Shown here: positions 39,685 through 54,526 of the stretch, one piece after another | How positions within the stretch are numbered: position 1 is the stretch's first letter | How the letters are laid out: every line of letters starts with the position of its first letter | Assembly: GCA_000165425.1 (NCBI GenBank) | Contig: CT868318.1 | Span: 62,001-126,000 of the forward strand | Direction: 5' to 3' | Length of the DNA stretch: 64,000 bases | DNA from: Paramecium tetraurelia | Taxonomy: Eukaryota | The notes under the pieces: generated by a model | The model's input: only the letters and a program-made list of their open reading frames with translations | What the model was told of the DNA's origin: nothing | The model's database searches: none | Made by a program: the position numbers and the translations under genes

Positions 39685-41912
39685 ATGAATTGGGCGTTGA
39701 CTTTTGTATTCTGATATCCTCCCATTCATTCGAGTGATATTCAAATAAATATTAACAAATGATTTTTTATAATAATCATTGAAAATTGCAATTATAAAAT
39801 AATCTTCAGATAAAAAGCTTAACCACGCTTGTTCAACAATTGAAGGTGAAGAATTAAAATACTTCCTTTCAGGGTTTAGCAAAAGCATCAAATTTCAAGA
39901 ATAGTTTGCGATTGAGTAGAACTTGATTTTGAATATTAATCTGATTATTTCGCTAATTTTAACTTTTAAGTGAAGGAAATAAGATTTCGAAAATTATTAG
40001 GTTGGTAAAATATCACAGTATATGCTATGGACATCCTTTTAATTAATGTAGATTTAAGGACAGAACGCTTGGATATGATAGAATTGAGACTCAACCAAAT
40101 CATAAATTAGATTCTGATTAATATAAATACTTATGTAAACTTAAATCTGCATATAAAATTATGTTAAATTATAGAGTTTAGAGATTAGAGATATCTTTAA
40201 AACTTATAATAAATTAGTTAATAAACCCTTCAGTATGATTACCATAAATTTGAAAAAATATAAACGTAATTCGTAATCAAATTATATTGGTGGTGTAACC
40301 CTATATATTAATTTATATTGTACTTTATTAATAATGTGTAAAAATTCTAAACAGTTACTTAAGATTATAGATTGGTGAGAAGGAGCAAAAGAGATAAATA
40401 TATTCAAAATATGGCATAAATAAATAATGGATTTACTTCAAAAAGAGTAATATGTGCCAAGATGAAGAAGGAGATTTATGAATCTGGATAGGCAGACTTA
40501 GCGTTAAGGGATTAATAAAAATGGAAGATTAGATGATTGGTTATGAACTTGCGATTTAATTAAACAACGATTTAAAACCTATTTTTATTCAGTTCGAGAT
40601 TTGACTTGATGATTTCAGAAATAAACATATTATTATACTCCCTTCTTAGAGTCATTAAATATATCTCAAAATGAAAAAGCCTAATAGACTGAAAATACTA
40701 ACCTCTTAATTAAAAATAAACTAAAAAGAACTAATAAACTCAAAATTTTACAACCATTATTTTAAGTAGGTTTTGATCCTATGGAAATTGAATAAGTAGA
40801 ATATACCATATAAGAACTGACTCCACCTTAGCTATACATTATTAAAATTACAACTTAACTTAACCTAGAATAATATTTCCAAAATATCAATATTAGATTG
40901 AAAAAAGAGTTTATGAAAAACAATCATTTACGCAATTGTTATTTGGACATATTTGAAAAAGACAGCATACAAAGAAAACAATGTTCAACTACTGAATTAT
41001 TAATCAATTTGTTCAAGACATCTTATTCTGAACTCATGAATAAATAAATTGACAATATCGGAATTATTAAACTATTTATTGAAGACAATATTGATGCCTT
41101 TATAACTGGATCATTAATACCTCCATAATAAGTTTGGCATGATTATAAATTATTAATTTTAGCCATTATTATTAAAATTATGAGAAGTAAATTTGTTAGT
41201 TATATTAGTGAAAAGCATTACAGGACAATTAATTTATGAATGCATGGTGGCTCAGTTATATGCGAAATTAGGGTGCATTTTTTAAAATGAGGATCCATAT
41301 ATACCAGAGTTCAAAGATTATTTTGAATGGAATTTTTGGTCTTGCGATAGAAATAAATAATTAGAAATAAATGAGCTTACAGAAGACTAATAAAGTTAAT
41401 TAAGAATAGTAAGCATCATGAGAAAATATTCCTTTCTGCTTTGGAGTTTATTATGGATTGATCCGAATTAAATCTTAAGCCTAAATCCAGATCTGCTATA
41501 ATTTAGAGAAGAATAGAAAATACCAGCCTATCGATATTTGAATAAAGATAGGTAAATGTTTGCAATATTAGTGCATAAATTTGTTTAATGCCATACATTT
41601 GCTTTTGTTCCAGCACTCAATTCATTGTATGATGTAGTTCAAGATAAGAAAATCTTGTTGCCCATTTTCAATAGATTTTAAGATAAATTAAGCAATGATG
41701 ATCTCCTAGAGAGTTTATTGGATAATTTAGGACCATTGAAGGAATAAGCCAAAAGTGAGTTCTTTGTCTACCCTCAGGTTCATGATAAAGGATTAGTAAA
41801 GATTGTTTAGGGGAAATTAAAATTACTTTTGGATGAGGGAAGCCAAACGGAAAATGAGTTTTACGCAAAATTATTTTTAAACGATTAGAGACCTACATTC
41901 TATTAGGATTGA
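39685..41912 (+). pseudogene. Hypothetical gene with degraded or unresolved 5' half
   Basis: Clean ciliate-code frame from ~40620 to TGA 41910-41912 with a 22-nt intron near 41187; upstream segments look coding but contain in-frame TGAs and no convincing ATG. Confidence 0.4.
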
Positions 41913-41957
41913 TTTAAATAACAGTTAATATTTTAATTTTTGAATTTATTTTACGCT

Positions 41958-43063
41958 ATGTTAAGTATGAATACATCTCTATTTAAGCATAAAACTATTA
42001 TGATTTGAGAGGAGGAGACAAACTGAGCAATAACAATAGGTAGTTAGAGAGATACGAGAAATTAGAGAAGATTGGAGAAGGTAACTATTGATTTTAATTG
42101 TGTTTAGGAACATATGGTGTTGTATACAAAGCTCGTGATTCAGTGACAAAGGAATTGGTAGCATTGAAGAAAATCAAATTGGAAAACGAGGATGAAGGAG
42201 TGCCATCGACTGCAATGAGAGAGATTTCAATTTTAAAAGAACTCTAACCGCATCCAAACATAGTGGGTCTCAAAGAAGTCATTTATCAACCCAATGAGAA
42301 GAAGCTCTATTTAGTGTTTGAGTATGTGGAGATGGACTTCAAGAAATTCCTTGATTAGAACAAACACAATCTAACATTAAGCCAAATCAAAGTATTTTTC
42401 GAATCAATTGTAGCATTTTACATTCCAAATTTTAAATGGTCTCAATTATTGTCACTCTAGACGTATTATACACAGAGATCTCAAGCCATAAAATATCCTA
42501 ATTGATAAATCAACTGGAATCATCAAGTTGGCTGATTTTGGATTGGCCAGAGCTTTTGGAGTGCCTATTAAAACCTTAACACATGAAGTTGAAACCCTTT
42601 GGTATCGTGCCCCAGAAATATTATTGTCCTAAAAACAATACTCATTGGGAGTTGATATCTGGTCAGTTGGATGCATTCTCACAGAAATGGTTGAAAAGCA
42701 TGGATTATTTTGTGGAGACAGTGAAATCGATTAAATCTTTAAGATATTTCAATACCATGGAACTCCAACAGTATAGGATTGGCCAAACATAGCAGATCTT
42801 CCAGATTTCAAGCCCACATTCCCAAGATTCAGACCAACTCCTCCAGAGTAATTTTTCAAAAACTTTGAGAAAGTATGTCACATAAATAACGAATTTAGAA
42901 TGGATTAGATCTAGTTACTAAAATGATAGCCCTTGATCCTGCTAAGAGAATCTATGTGAAAGAAGCAATGAAACATCCATTCTTTGATGACTTAAACAAG
43001 GAAGATTTAATTAAATACTTCCCCCCTGGCCAATAAAATCTAGCTATGCAATATGGAAAATGA
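41958..43063 (+). CDS. Cyclin-dependent kinase (CDK1/2-like, PSTAMRE)
   Basis: [64 protein letters not shown]; four tiny introns including 41965-41987 after a 7-nt first coding exon. Confidence 0.95.
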
Positions 43064-43536
43064 AAATTAATTAAAGATAATATTAAAATAATCATTTGAA
43101 TAAAGGCAGTCTAAAAATGCTTACAGTGTTATTCTTAGATAATAAAATAATGGATTTTTATTATGAACATATAATTTTTAAATATTTTTATTAATTGCAT
43201 ATGAAATTGTAAAGAGATGGTTTCATAGTATTCATGAAATATGTTTAATTTGCAATTGTTAAATGAGTTACTTAATAATATCAATCCCTATCATAAATAA
43301 TATATTATATAATATTATTGCCAAAGATATGATTAAGTTGGACTAGAATTGTATTCTACTTTTTATTAGAAATTACTTAAATTATATTCTGTATTGTCAT
43401 CCATCATCACAACCAAAGTATATTATATACTATATATGGAAAAATGTGAAAATTGAAATAAAAATAAAAATAAATAATATTATTGGTATAGAGCAAAAGT
43501 ACTTGAATATAATTTATTTTAAAAAAATATCAAATA

Positions 43537-46134
43537 ATGACTTCCTCTGCTGTTAGTGATTTTGAAATATAGAAATAAGCATAATAGTAATAAAATAATA
43601 TACTTGCAATATTAAAATCTGGTAATGCAACAGTAGTAAATGAAAAATTATAAAGATGCAAAGATTTTAAAGATGGCAAGGATATTACTATTCCGTTTTG
43701 CTATAAAGGTAAATATTAAATGATGAGAGATTAGAAAACTCACCGAAGGAAGAGTTAGTACTAGAACATGTTTAATAATTTCAAAAGCAGTTTCAATTAC
43801 ATTATGATGAGAGGAGAAATCTGTTTCTTTATCCCAAAAATGAGTGTGATTTGTACAAATTTATATGCACAACAATTCGGCCTCAAAAAATTGGTTATTT
43901 GGAACTCTATAATTACGAATAGTGTGCAAGATATATGAGTTTTTTTATTGCTTATGAATAATTGGATCCTCCTGATTAATTTCCTAAGGTAATACCAAGT
44001 CCAACTAATGTTGCGAGGTGGTAAAAGGGAGACTGCTTTGATTTATCTATATTACTTTGCAGTGTTCTAATAGGAGTGGGTTATGATGCTTATTGTGTCT
44101 ATGGAACAGCTCCACGGTCAATTACCAGTAAAAATGAATCAGATCTTGATTACATCTTCATTAACAATGGAATAAAGGAGGACGATGAAGACTAAAACAA
44201 AGATAACGATGAACTGAAAGACAATGAATTCGCTATCCTCCCAAAAGAAGAAATTATTTCTAAATATGACACTAAAATACAAAAGTAAAAAGAAGAATAC
44301 GAAAAAGAGCAAAGAAGAATAGCTTTAACTATAGATGATGATGAACCTGATTAGATGGGACATGATTTTTATGCTGGAAGGAGAATTCATTGTTGGATTC
44401 TCTTGAAGGCAGGAAAGAGAGGAGTTGAAAGAAATCTCTTTATTGAACCCTCAACAGGAAGAATCTATCCTATTAATGATAGTCCATTTCTAACTGTTGA
44501 TGCTGTATTCAATAATAGGAACTTCTGGATTAATATGAAACTCGAATCAAAGGTGGCTGATTTAAATTTTGATGAAATGGATACTTCTATGAATTGGGAA
44601 TATGTTATGCTCGACACTTTGGTAGAATAGGCATAATAAGATGATGAAGATTATAATTATGGCGAAGATCATAACCAATAATAAAAGCATGTAGATCCGC
44701 AATAATAACAATTGCAAGACATTGTACAAATCTTAGATATGCCTCCCCCATGGCCACCTAAAGTCTTTATTGATAAGGAGTGCTTTCTCAAAGGAACTCC
44801 TTTAGGAGAGTCAACAGTCTTCTATAAGAAATGCAAAATAGACTCCTTTGCTCCTTACTCTCAAGAACAAGATGGACTAGTCTAGAGATTTACCATCTAT
44901 CAGGATTACAAAAGATTGAAAATACAAGAAATAAGGTACTTTTACAAACATAGATCTGATAAATTAGTACTGAAAAGAAGATTCCCATACGAATTTAAAA
45001 CTATTGAGGAGTATGAACCTGGTAATAAACCATAACGTAAGACCATTACTACAATTGACAGATAATTGAGAATCATTATTTACTATCCAACTAGAAATCA
45101 TGATGGATTGATCAAAAGAATTGAAAAGATTGGAGAAAAGACAATTGAAGAATACGAAAACAGAGATGATCGTGTTATTTATAGATCTGTTAGATTTGAT
45201 CCGAAGGATAAGAAATTTGAATAAAGAGACTTAACACATAATGATAGATATATGGGTTAAGTCAAAATTACGAAAATGACTTAAAAATATGAATTAAGCG
45301 AACTATATCCAGCTAGTGAATAACCATAGAAAGTTGTTATTGATTTGCAAAAGAATCTTATTAAGTAATTGGATATTCTATTTTAGAGTCTACTATCATA
45401 TGAATAAAGGAGAAATCAATCCATAATTCAAAGAGCTTAAAAGAGAGAATATGCATAGCTTAGGCAAATTAACTGAACCTGGAGTTGAGAAAAAAAATGA
45501 GGATGCTTTAGTATCATAAGAGAATTAACGCATAGCTAATTTAGGTAAATTATGAATAATATCATTATTAAGAGAAGGAATGCTTAACCCACATCAAAAA
45601 TTAGGAGGATGAAGTCAAAAAGGATGAAGAATAGCTTAGATCTTAAGATTTAAAGTTGGAGAAGACACTTCATGATAAAGCCAGAGAAAGATATAAGGAA
45701 ACCTTAAAGAAATCAGAAGAGGAAAAATAAAGAGAATAAGCTGATAAGGATTACTTGTATCCATATTTAGAAAAAAGAAAACTCTAGGGAAAGGACGTTC
45801 TATCATACAATGAGGCTTTGGAAATACAAAAAGATGTCATGACCAAATTGAAAGAACGGTATCATTTTTAATATCTATTATTTCTAGTTTATTATCAAGA
45901 GCAGCTATCATTTAGAAAAAACTTGAAGAGGAAAGGGCAAAATTAGATTAAGCTGAATAAATGTAATAAAAGAAATCGGATCCTGATGATAACGAATACA
46001 TTAACATTCAATTTAGAATAGATATTTTAGAATAAAGAGCTATAAGATTTGAATCTTAGGCTCTAATTAAATATGAAGAAATGGATAGAAAATTAAAGGA
46101 AGATAAAAGATTGTCAGAACTAAAGAAGAAATGA
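43537..46134 (+). CDS. DRC7: Dynein regulatory complex subunit 7 (CCDC135/FAP50)
   Basis: LYPKNEC..KFICTTIRP, PSPTNVARWQKGDCFDLSILLCSVLIGVGYDAYCVYG, RIHCWIL, LDMPPPW, C-terminal coiled coil FRIDILEQRA; several tiny introns. Confidence 0.9.
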
Positions 46135-46215
46135 ATTAACCTAAATCTAATTATAATTTCGCACACTAATTTATTTATCTATTTCTTAAATATGAGATTA
46201 TTATTTTAATAATAT

Positions 46216-47434
46216 TCAAATATCATCATTTTTACCTTTCTTTTTATTTTTCCTAGTATTATTTTTATGAATATTATTATTACTTTGATTAGCATTTTAA
46301 ATTACAATATCATTCTACTTCTATTGTTATGTTAACTAATTATTTTTTTATTATGATTTTACTTACCCAGTTGATAGCTATTATTATTACTTCAGATTAT
46401 TTTAGTGTTACTTTTATTATTTTTTATATCTAGTAGTGTGCTCTAAGTTAGTTTGAAAGGAAGAATTAGGAACTTTAAGCATTTCTTTTGAATTATTCAA
46501 AGAGTCTTAAAAGTATTCTAATGTATCCTTTAATAATCGATTACTTTCATTACTAATCACTATATTATTATTAACTTATAAATTGTTTTTTTTATTATTA
46601 GCATCTTATTTTTCTACTATTGTTAGTTCCTAATTTAATTTTTAATCATTTTTCTTTTAATCTTGCTAATAGATATTAATATTTTTAGCTTATTATTTTG
46701 TATCTTTATCATATGATATCAAATCATCGCAATAAATATTGTCTATCCTTTCATTTAAGTTTATATTTTGATTTTTATCGATTGCCTTCTCCTTTTACTA
46801 TGAAACTCCTCCTTAAAGTATATCATTAAACATATTTTGCTCAATTTAATTATTTTGTTGTACTCCACTTATTATCTATTTCGATTAGTTTTGAATTTAT
46901 TAATTTTTTTTCTTTTTTCTTTTGATTTTCTTTTTTTGGTTTCCTTAATTTTTTTCTTCTCTTTTTTCTGTTAAAGGTATATTGCTTTAAATTAAAATTT
47001 TGGGAGGAGAGATATCTGGAAGATTATTTTCTATCTTCTCTGACTCTTTTAGAGTCTTTTTTGTTTTCTTATCAGAATTTTGATAATTGTTCATTTTCTT
47101 ATTTTTGTTTTTTTCCTTGCAAATCTTACATGTGATATAAGATTAATCATTTAAAACTTAACCAATATTTAACTCCTTAGGAATAATTACACTAAATCCA
47201 TTTTATCTAATATTAGTCACTAAGTATCTGTTTGAGCATGATTCCGATTGGAATTATTCGCATGCACAGGCATAAGAATTAGCAATCTATTCTGAAAGGT
47301 TCTTAAATAATAAATTTGATTACCTATTCAAATGAATCAACTGTGGCTATAAACTTCTTTTGTTCAGTGCTAACGAAGAGGCGCACATACTTTCGTTGAG
47401 TTCCTTATAAATATTAGTTAGAAAATTAATTCAT
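46216..47434 (-). CDS. Gln/Lys-rich low-complexity hypothetical protein
   Basis: MNQFSNQYLQGTQRKYVRLFV...; dense TAA/CAA/AAA codons on the minus strand; intron structure and end approximate. Confidence 0.55.
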
Positions 47435-47820
47435 AGGTTTTAATATACAAATATTATCAATAAATTCTCCTTACAATATTAATCAATTTAAGTTTATATA
47501 AAAATGTATGAAAATTTTTGATTTAGTGTTCAGATAATTCGAAAATAATAATTTGGTATCTAAATATTATAAAAAAGCTCATTAGGATTTAATTAGTAAT
47601 TGCATAATTGTTATATTTTAATAAATTGAAGAATTGAATTCTTTTGATGACATTTCTTGAATGTAAATTATTTTTATAATTTTCATCTAAATGTCTTTCT
47701 AATCGTTATTGCAATCCTAATGAATCTGAAATAAATAATCGTAGCCTTTCTTATTTCAAGATAGTCCTTAGTTCTTATAATTAAAATAAATATAATAATA
47801 TTATTCATATTTACAAATAT

Positions 47821-49488
47821 TCAATTCAACACTTCTTATGAAAATGCTTAAAGTCCAATTTATCGATGCTATAAAAACGTCTTAATTTCCTCAATAGTTC
47901 TCCAGTTCATGTAACCTAATTGATAAGCCAAAAGCTTCGAATTCTAATTTTATTTTATTTTTTACTTTTGCTGGAAATTCTAACTCATCAATCTATTTAG
48001 CATTTTCTCTTGAACTATAGAGTTCATTTATTTATTCTACTTTAAAGTCTTTTCTATTAGAAAATTCAGCCTGTAGATCATTTCTCTACTTTAGAATACT
48101 TTTAATTTATGAAAAATTTTGAGTTTAATATCGAAACATATTATACATTCTATTGTATTAATTTGAACTGCACTTTGTTATTTATTCATCTAATTTTTTG
48201 GCCATTTCTTATAAAGGATCATAATCTTAATTAATTTCGTATTTTTAACATAAATTTGTTAAAGTTTATAAAGAATCTTCAATATCTTTAATAAGTTTAG
48301 ATACATCTGATAAATGTTGTGTTATTGCTTTAAAAAGATCTTTAATTTTTTCATAAACCGGTTCTTCTTGTTATATGAAGGTTTCGAAATTATTCAATTT
48401 AATATCTGGTACAAATATAACAGTTCCTGTCATATTGAGAAGACTTTCAAATTTATTAGGTTTACTTAGTTTTTCTCCAAACTTTTTTAATTATTTAAAT
48501 TAGGCTGGATCAGTTAAACGAAGAAAGTCTACAAAATATTTGCTATTTCTAAAAAGTTCACTCTTTGCCAATTCATTCAAAAAGAACTCTAATAGGATAG
48601 CCCTTTTTTGAGCTTTATTTTTTGCGGTTTTCTTTGCTTTTTTTTCAGAAAAACTTGGTATACCAACTCCTGGGAATAGTTTCAAAAGTGTTTGTTATAA
48701 CCATTAAAAATCTTTGTATCTTCTTTACACAGTGTATTCTTCTCCTGTTTTAACATTATATACAACATAATCCTTTTTAAAGAGTCCTCCTGCTTTCTTT
48801 TCAAAACTACATAAAATTATATTGACATACCCAGCTATTTTTATAGGTGGAACACCTTAAGCAAATATGTTAAACCCCAATTTTTTACATTATAATTTCG
48901 AACACTGAGAAAACGAATAAATTTCAGGGGCAGGCTTTATTGGCATCGATTATTGTATTTCCTAAAGTTTTTGAGCAGTAGGTGAAATAGCCAATGGCTT
49001 ACCCATGTTGATAAGATCAAGCTTATCTGAGCCTCGCTTATTAATTTCCAATGTTTATAGTTGATGAATTTACTAATTTTGTTTTTGAGTTTATTAGAAA
49101 GGTTATTCATTTTTTTGCTCATCTTGTTAATTTATCACAGGGGATTACCCTTCATAATCCAAGTCCAACAAGTTCCACATCTAGGGATCACTTTTTACCA
49201 CCTTTTATGGAATAACCTAATCGAGAAGGAGTCAGTTCCAACCTAGAATCAAATCATTTGCTGGTTTATTAAAATCAGTTGTAAAATGCTCAATCTTATA
49301 CTAATTGACCAACTGCACAATATCTTCAAAAGTCCATTTATCAATATCACTCTCTTATTTTATATTGATTCCATACCTTCTCCTTTTATTTTTTCACAAA
49401 ACTCCTGAAAGTGATTAGGGTCGATTCCTTTATCTAAAATTTCCTCTTACAAGTAGGTTTCTTTTTAATGTCTAAGATTATTATTCAT
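47821..49488 (-). CDS. PX-domain sorting nexin-like protein with C-terminal BAR-like coiled coil
   Basis: DYVVYNVKT..YTVQRRYKDFQWLQQTLLKLFPGVGIP...KRAILLEFFLNELAKSELFRNSKYFVDFL; TGA 47821-47823. Confidence 0.85.
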
Positions 49489-49907
49489 ATACAATTAAAA
49501 TAATTTATACGATATACAACAATATAATACCTAATTTAAGTAAAATATAATTGTGTACTAATTGAATAAAATAATTTAATTGAAAGATATTGTGATTAAA
49601 GTCTGTGCCTTGCAATCATTTTAAAGAATTAAATTTATTTAGGATACACTCTTGGAAAATATCTTAATTAAAAACTATAAATTCTCTAAAATATAAGCCT
49701 GGACAATTCCTTTAACTCAAAGTACTTATGATTAGAGTATAATTCATAAAACTAAATTAATATTAATTGAATAAATCATAAATTTTTATGATGTTGAGTC
49801 AAATGGTACTTTAATAACTTTAATTTCCACATATGATAAATACCAAATATATTTATAAAATAAGAAAAATTATTTTAATTTATGAGTTTAATATTTATTA
49901 TTTAATC

Positions 49908-50639
49908 ATGAATTCATTCGTGTACTCGTTCAAGAATCCAAGCAGCGAATTTGTAGAATCGGCTAATTTTGTACAAAATAAAAGGCCCAACCAATTTTGT
50001 CTAAAGATTTTTAATCAGCAGTCGTATGAAGATTTTACTTTGGAGGTACTAGCATTATAATAGCCTTTATAATAATAATCCTAAGATTAATATCCTTAGC
50101 AAAGCATTAGTCAATACTTCCTGAACCCTCAACTAAGTTTGGAATTAAAGTCTAAATTGCCTTCTCTGGATAAATATATCAAGAAAAAGAAAATACATAA
50201 GAAGGCAAAGTTATAGTCAGCTGCAATTAGAGATTACAAGAAAAATATCTGCAGAAATATTTTGAGACATGGTATCAAAGGAATAAATAACACATAAGCC
50301 CAACAGTTTTTACTCGAAAAGTTTAGAAATAACAATCAGAAATTAATTGAATTTCAAAAGTTTTATTAATAAAATCTGGAAATCATATCAGGCTTTCGAG
50401 TCCTCAAAGATCATTTAATAATTAAAGCAGATGAACCTTAGGATGAATAAGAACGAAAAAGAATTTTTTAATAATATCTCATCTGGTTTTTGTCCTCATA
50501 AGCAACAAAGTGCATATTGCAATCAGAAGCAAATAACATTTCCGAATACGTTAAATACAAAAATGATGTTTTGTTATATTATGTCTAGCAACCTTCACAA
50601 TGGTATTCTAATAAACCTCTATGGAGATAAAAAGAATGA
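49908..50639 (+). CDS. Hypothetical protein (243 aa) with basic helical C-terminal domain
   Basis: Open ciliate-code frame MNSFVYSFKNPSS...DYKKNICRNILRHGIK... to TGA 50637-50639. Confidence 0.75.
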
Positions 50640-50846
50640 ATTAATATGAATTTAATTAATTAGTAATAATTTTAAAGTAATTTATTTCGATTTCCAATCC
50701 AAGCCTCTCTTGTACATGGATAAGATCTCTTAAATTATTATTAGAATAAAACAAATATATATTAATATGTAAAACTGTTGTTTTAGAGAAATTTATTGAA
50801 TTTAAAATTGCAAAGCAAAATATTAATTATTATAATAAATTAGCTA

Positions 50847-52098
50847 TCATTATTTATTACTATAATGAGATTGTCTCTTGAGTTAATCTCTGTATAACTG
50901 CAATTCTTGTTCTTTGTGATTTAAAAGTTAATTCAATCTTTCACATTCTCCCTAGAAAAGAGCTAATTTTCCTTCTAAATCTTTGGCACTCTTATTTCCG
51001 AATTACGAATGACTTTATCTTCTCAAGATATCAATTTCTTTGTTCCTATCATCAATAATTTTTCTTAGACTATAGAAAATAATATAAACATTAATTACTT
51101 TGCCATCTCTTATGATTAATACTCGCTATCTCTTACAACTCTTTCAAGTCTGTTAAACTTTTATTATAAAGCCTCAAAATCATCTTATTTAGATTTTAAA
51201 CTCATCTCAGCCTTCTTTAAATCAGCCTATAAATTAACTAAAAAGTATAAATAATTAATCTGTACATATTTATTATTCGTTAGTTCTTGATTTAGCTAAG
51301 TATGTTTGGGCATCTTGACTCTGAGACTCAAGTGATTGACATCTTTTTTGCCACTCATCTAATTGTTCTCTTAATCTATTCATTTCAACATGCATAATAT
51401 TCTCGTTATCTTAAACAGATCTTCTCATTCTTTCTATTTCCATCTCCACATTCTATCTTGTTTTTAATTATGCTTCCAAACTTTAATATCTTTATCTCCA
51501 TTAATCAATTTCCTAATTCAAATCTAAAATAGTCTTATTTAATCGATCAATCTCTTGCATCAATTAGTTGACTCTTCCAGTGTCTTCAAAATAAGTTACT
51601 TTTTCAGATGCAATGTTTGATTATCTCAATCTAATGTTTTCTTGTTATAAATCATAAATTTGTCTCTCCAAAAATTAACACTTATCTAAATAAGCTTAAC
51701 ATATATTAATACTTCTCCAAGGTTCTTCAATATCGCTCCTTGACACTACCTTAACTGGTTTATCGAAGTGTTGGATTTCCTAGTATATAGGCTAAGGCTA
51801 AATGACTTTTTATTAGACTGGAAGTGCAGCAGGATGTTGTTGCATTTATTGCTGCTTTGCTAATACTTGAATATCTGGAGATAATTAAAGCTAAACTCGT
51901 AATAAATAATACTTCTTGTGCATAAGCTCGAGCAGGAGCAGAACCGAATTAAAATGGCAATCCTGAAGATTATTCATTGGCTAATGGTTTTTATGAGAAG
52001 TTGTTGTATATATCAGCTGTTATAGTTTATGGAAATCTGAGTGGGTCATTCGAAGGTCTTGAATTGATTCCAAAGGCCTAATCTCTGTATGAACTCAT
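50847..52098 (-). CDS. Coiled-coil repeat protein, possibly cortical cytoskeleton
   Basis: Pro-rich N-terminus then IDRLNKT...DQWRQRY / CERLNQLL type repeats; several tiny introns; TGA 50847-50849. Confidence 0.75.
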
Positions 52099-52931
52099 AT
52101 TAATTAAATAAAATAAAATAAAATTTATTATTGAAATAATTAATTTATATTCATAATAATGCAAATAATTAAAATTATTTCACTCTATCCTATTATTAAT
52201 GAACAACCAAATTAATTCTATCTGCTAAGCAATTTAAATTCAATGCTTAATACCAAAGGTTTCAATAACTCCAAGATTCTCTCCCAACTTCATTTTTCAG
52301 ATTCTTACCTTACAATCTAACTCATCTATATAAATTTGAACATCTCTTAAGATTATATAATATCTTATATTTTAAATTACATTTATGTAATCTAAATGAA
52401 ATTTAAATATTGAATAACACATTATTAATATGTTAATTGAAATATATTTGTATAATTTTTTAATTGATAAATTGCTATCATAATCATAGATTAGAGGGCA
52501 AGACAAATAATCTATTCTTTTTAGAACTCATATAAAGGTATTTGTTTTATCAAAATTTAGATATGTTATATTGTACAATAAAGATGATTTGTTATAATAA
52601 AAATATGAGTTATTCTTGAAACTTAATGTAATATGCCTTTTAGGAATAGAAGAAAGGAATTTTTACATTTTTAATTAAGATAATATTCATTGATGTTTTG
52701 TAGATGTATTTCTTTATTATACTTACATTAAACTTCAAAAGTGAAATTCATAATCAAACTTAATAAATATATTTTTTAAATTAAAAAATTATTTGGATAA
52801 GATCTGAATAAATCTTTGGCTGAATTGGTGACATGTAGTTTATTTAAATGAAAGTTGTATTCAATATCTTAATTTACTTTTGAATACTAATTTTCCAATT
52901 ATTATTATTGTATTAAATAAATATTTCAAAT

Positions 52932-54526
52932 ATGGATCCTTTTAATTTTATTGTTTTATATTATGATCGAATATAGGAGATGAAGATATCGGATTGCTAA
53001 ATTTATAATAGTTTAAGAAATCTGAAATTGAAATTAGGAGAATTCTTAATAATTCATGGAATTGCATTTAAAGTGTTTTTTTTGAATCCTTTAGAGGGTC
53101 ATCTGAATTAAACTACAAGAATTATATGCTACCCAAGTGATTTATAACAGAATGTAAGCCTATAAAAAGTTCATTTTATGAATCTCTCGAATGAAAAAAG
53201 AGAGCTTATAACTCAACTACCCTTAAAGTTACATATTAGTAAAGATTAACAGATAATAGTCAATGGAACATTGATGCAAGCAATTAAATGTGTTCCAAAT
53301 GAGGGAATTTTTACTCCAGAAACAGTAATTATATTTGAGATATTCAATAGTAATGGAAGATCATTAATTACTAAGACAATACAATCGAGGAGATATAGTT
53401 ACTAATTTAAAATTAAACAGATAACAACAAACAAGAGATATTTAAAAAATACATTCAACCTTATTTTTTAGTTCCTCGATTTATAAAGGAAGGATCTAAG
53501 ATAAAGATATAAGATATAGAGTTAATTATAAAAAAGAGTTAACCGAAAATGGGATTAATTACATGCAACACCCAGATTTTTCTTATTGATAATGAATAAA
53601 CTATGTTTAAGTCTTTGAATGAAGATGACGAATAAGCAGGATTGTATATGCAGATTAACACACTCAAGATCTTAGAGGTTAACACTGCATCTAGAAATCA
53701 ATTTGTCCAGAAAAGAAAACAATTCTATGGGATGATGGAGAACTTTGCTTAATATGATGATAAAGAGAATTAAATTATCTTTTCTTCAAAGGATTTAAAT
53801 AGTAAAGGCCAATCTATTAATGAGTTCCCTAACTTTCCCAATACTTTCCTCACTAAGTTACATAAGGATAATGAAGAAATAGAAATTGATCTTATGGATT
53901 TTGATGAATGCAATTTCGGAGCTGGATTGCATGAATAAAATATGAAATTGTCTTAAATGACCCTTCCAGTATTATTCAAAAATATCTTTTAAAAAAAGAA
54001 ACATGGAGCAAATCGATAATCTCAATTGCAATAGCCTGAATAACCTAAAAGTGATGAATCATTTCTTGATTAATCTTTTGAATCTGATGCTAATGCTTAG
54101 TTAATAAGTGATGCATCATTTCTAATACAAGAAGATCAGCCTCATTTAGCAACTTTGCCTAGATACTTTGATGATATAGTTTTAGTATATTAATTTTACT
54201 TATTCATTAGTTTAATTAGTAAAGATGGTTACCTGTAATAAACGATGGAAACAATAAGAATTTTATTCAATAATTCCCTGAGAGGAAAATAGATCTAAAT
54301 TGGATATAGAACAAAGGACAAAATATCAATGAGGACTTTTGTAAATGTATGATATGTTTAATGGATTATACTGATGAAGAGATTGTTAAAACATTGCCAT
54401 GCTGTAATAAATTATCTAAATTATTTAGTGCATTATTTTCATAACGAATGCATTGATTTCTGGCTTGCCAAAAGTATCAAATGTCCAGTCTGCAAATATA
54501 GATGTGACGAATAAGTTAAGTTTTGA
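52932..54526 (+). CDS. RING-H2 E3 ubiquitin ligase-like protein
   Basis: C-terminal CMICLMDYTDEEIVKTLPC/LHYFHNECIDFWLAKSIKCPVCK across a tiny intron; TGA 54524-54526; start approximate. Confidence 0.85.
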
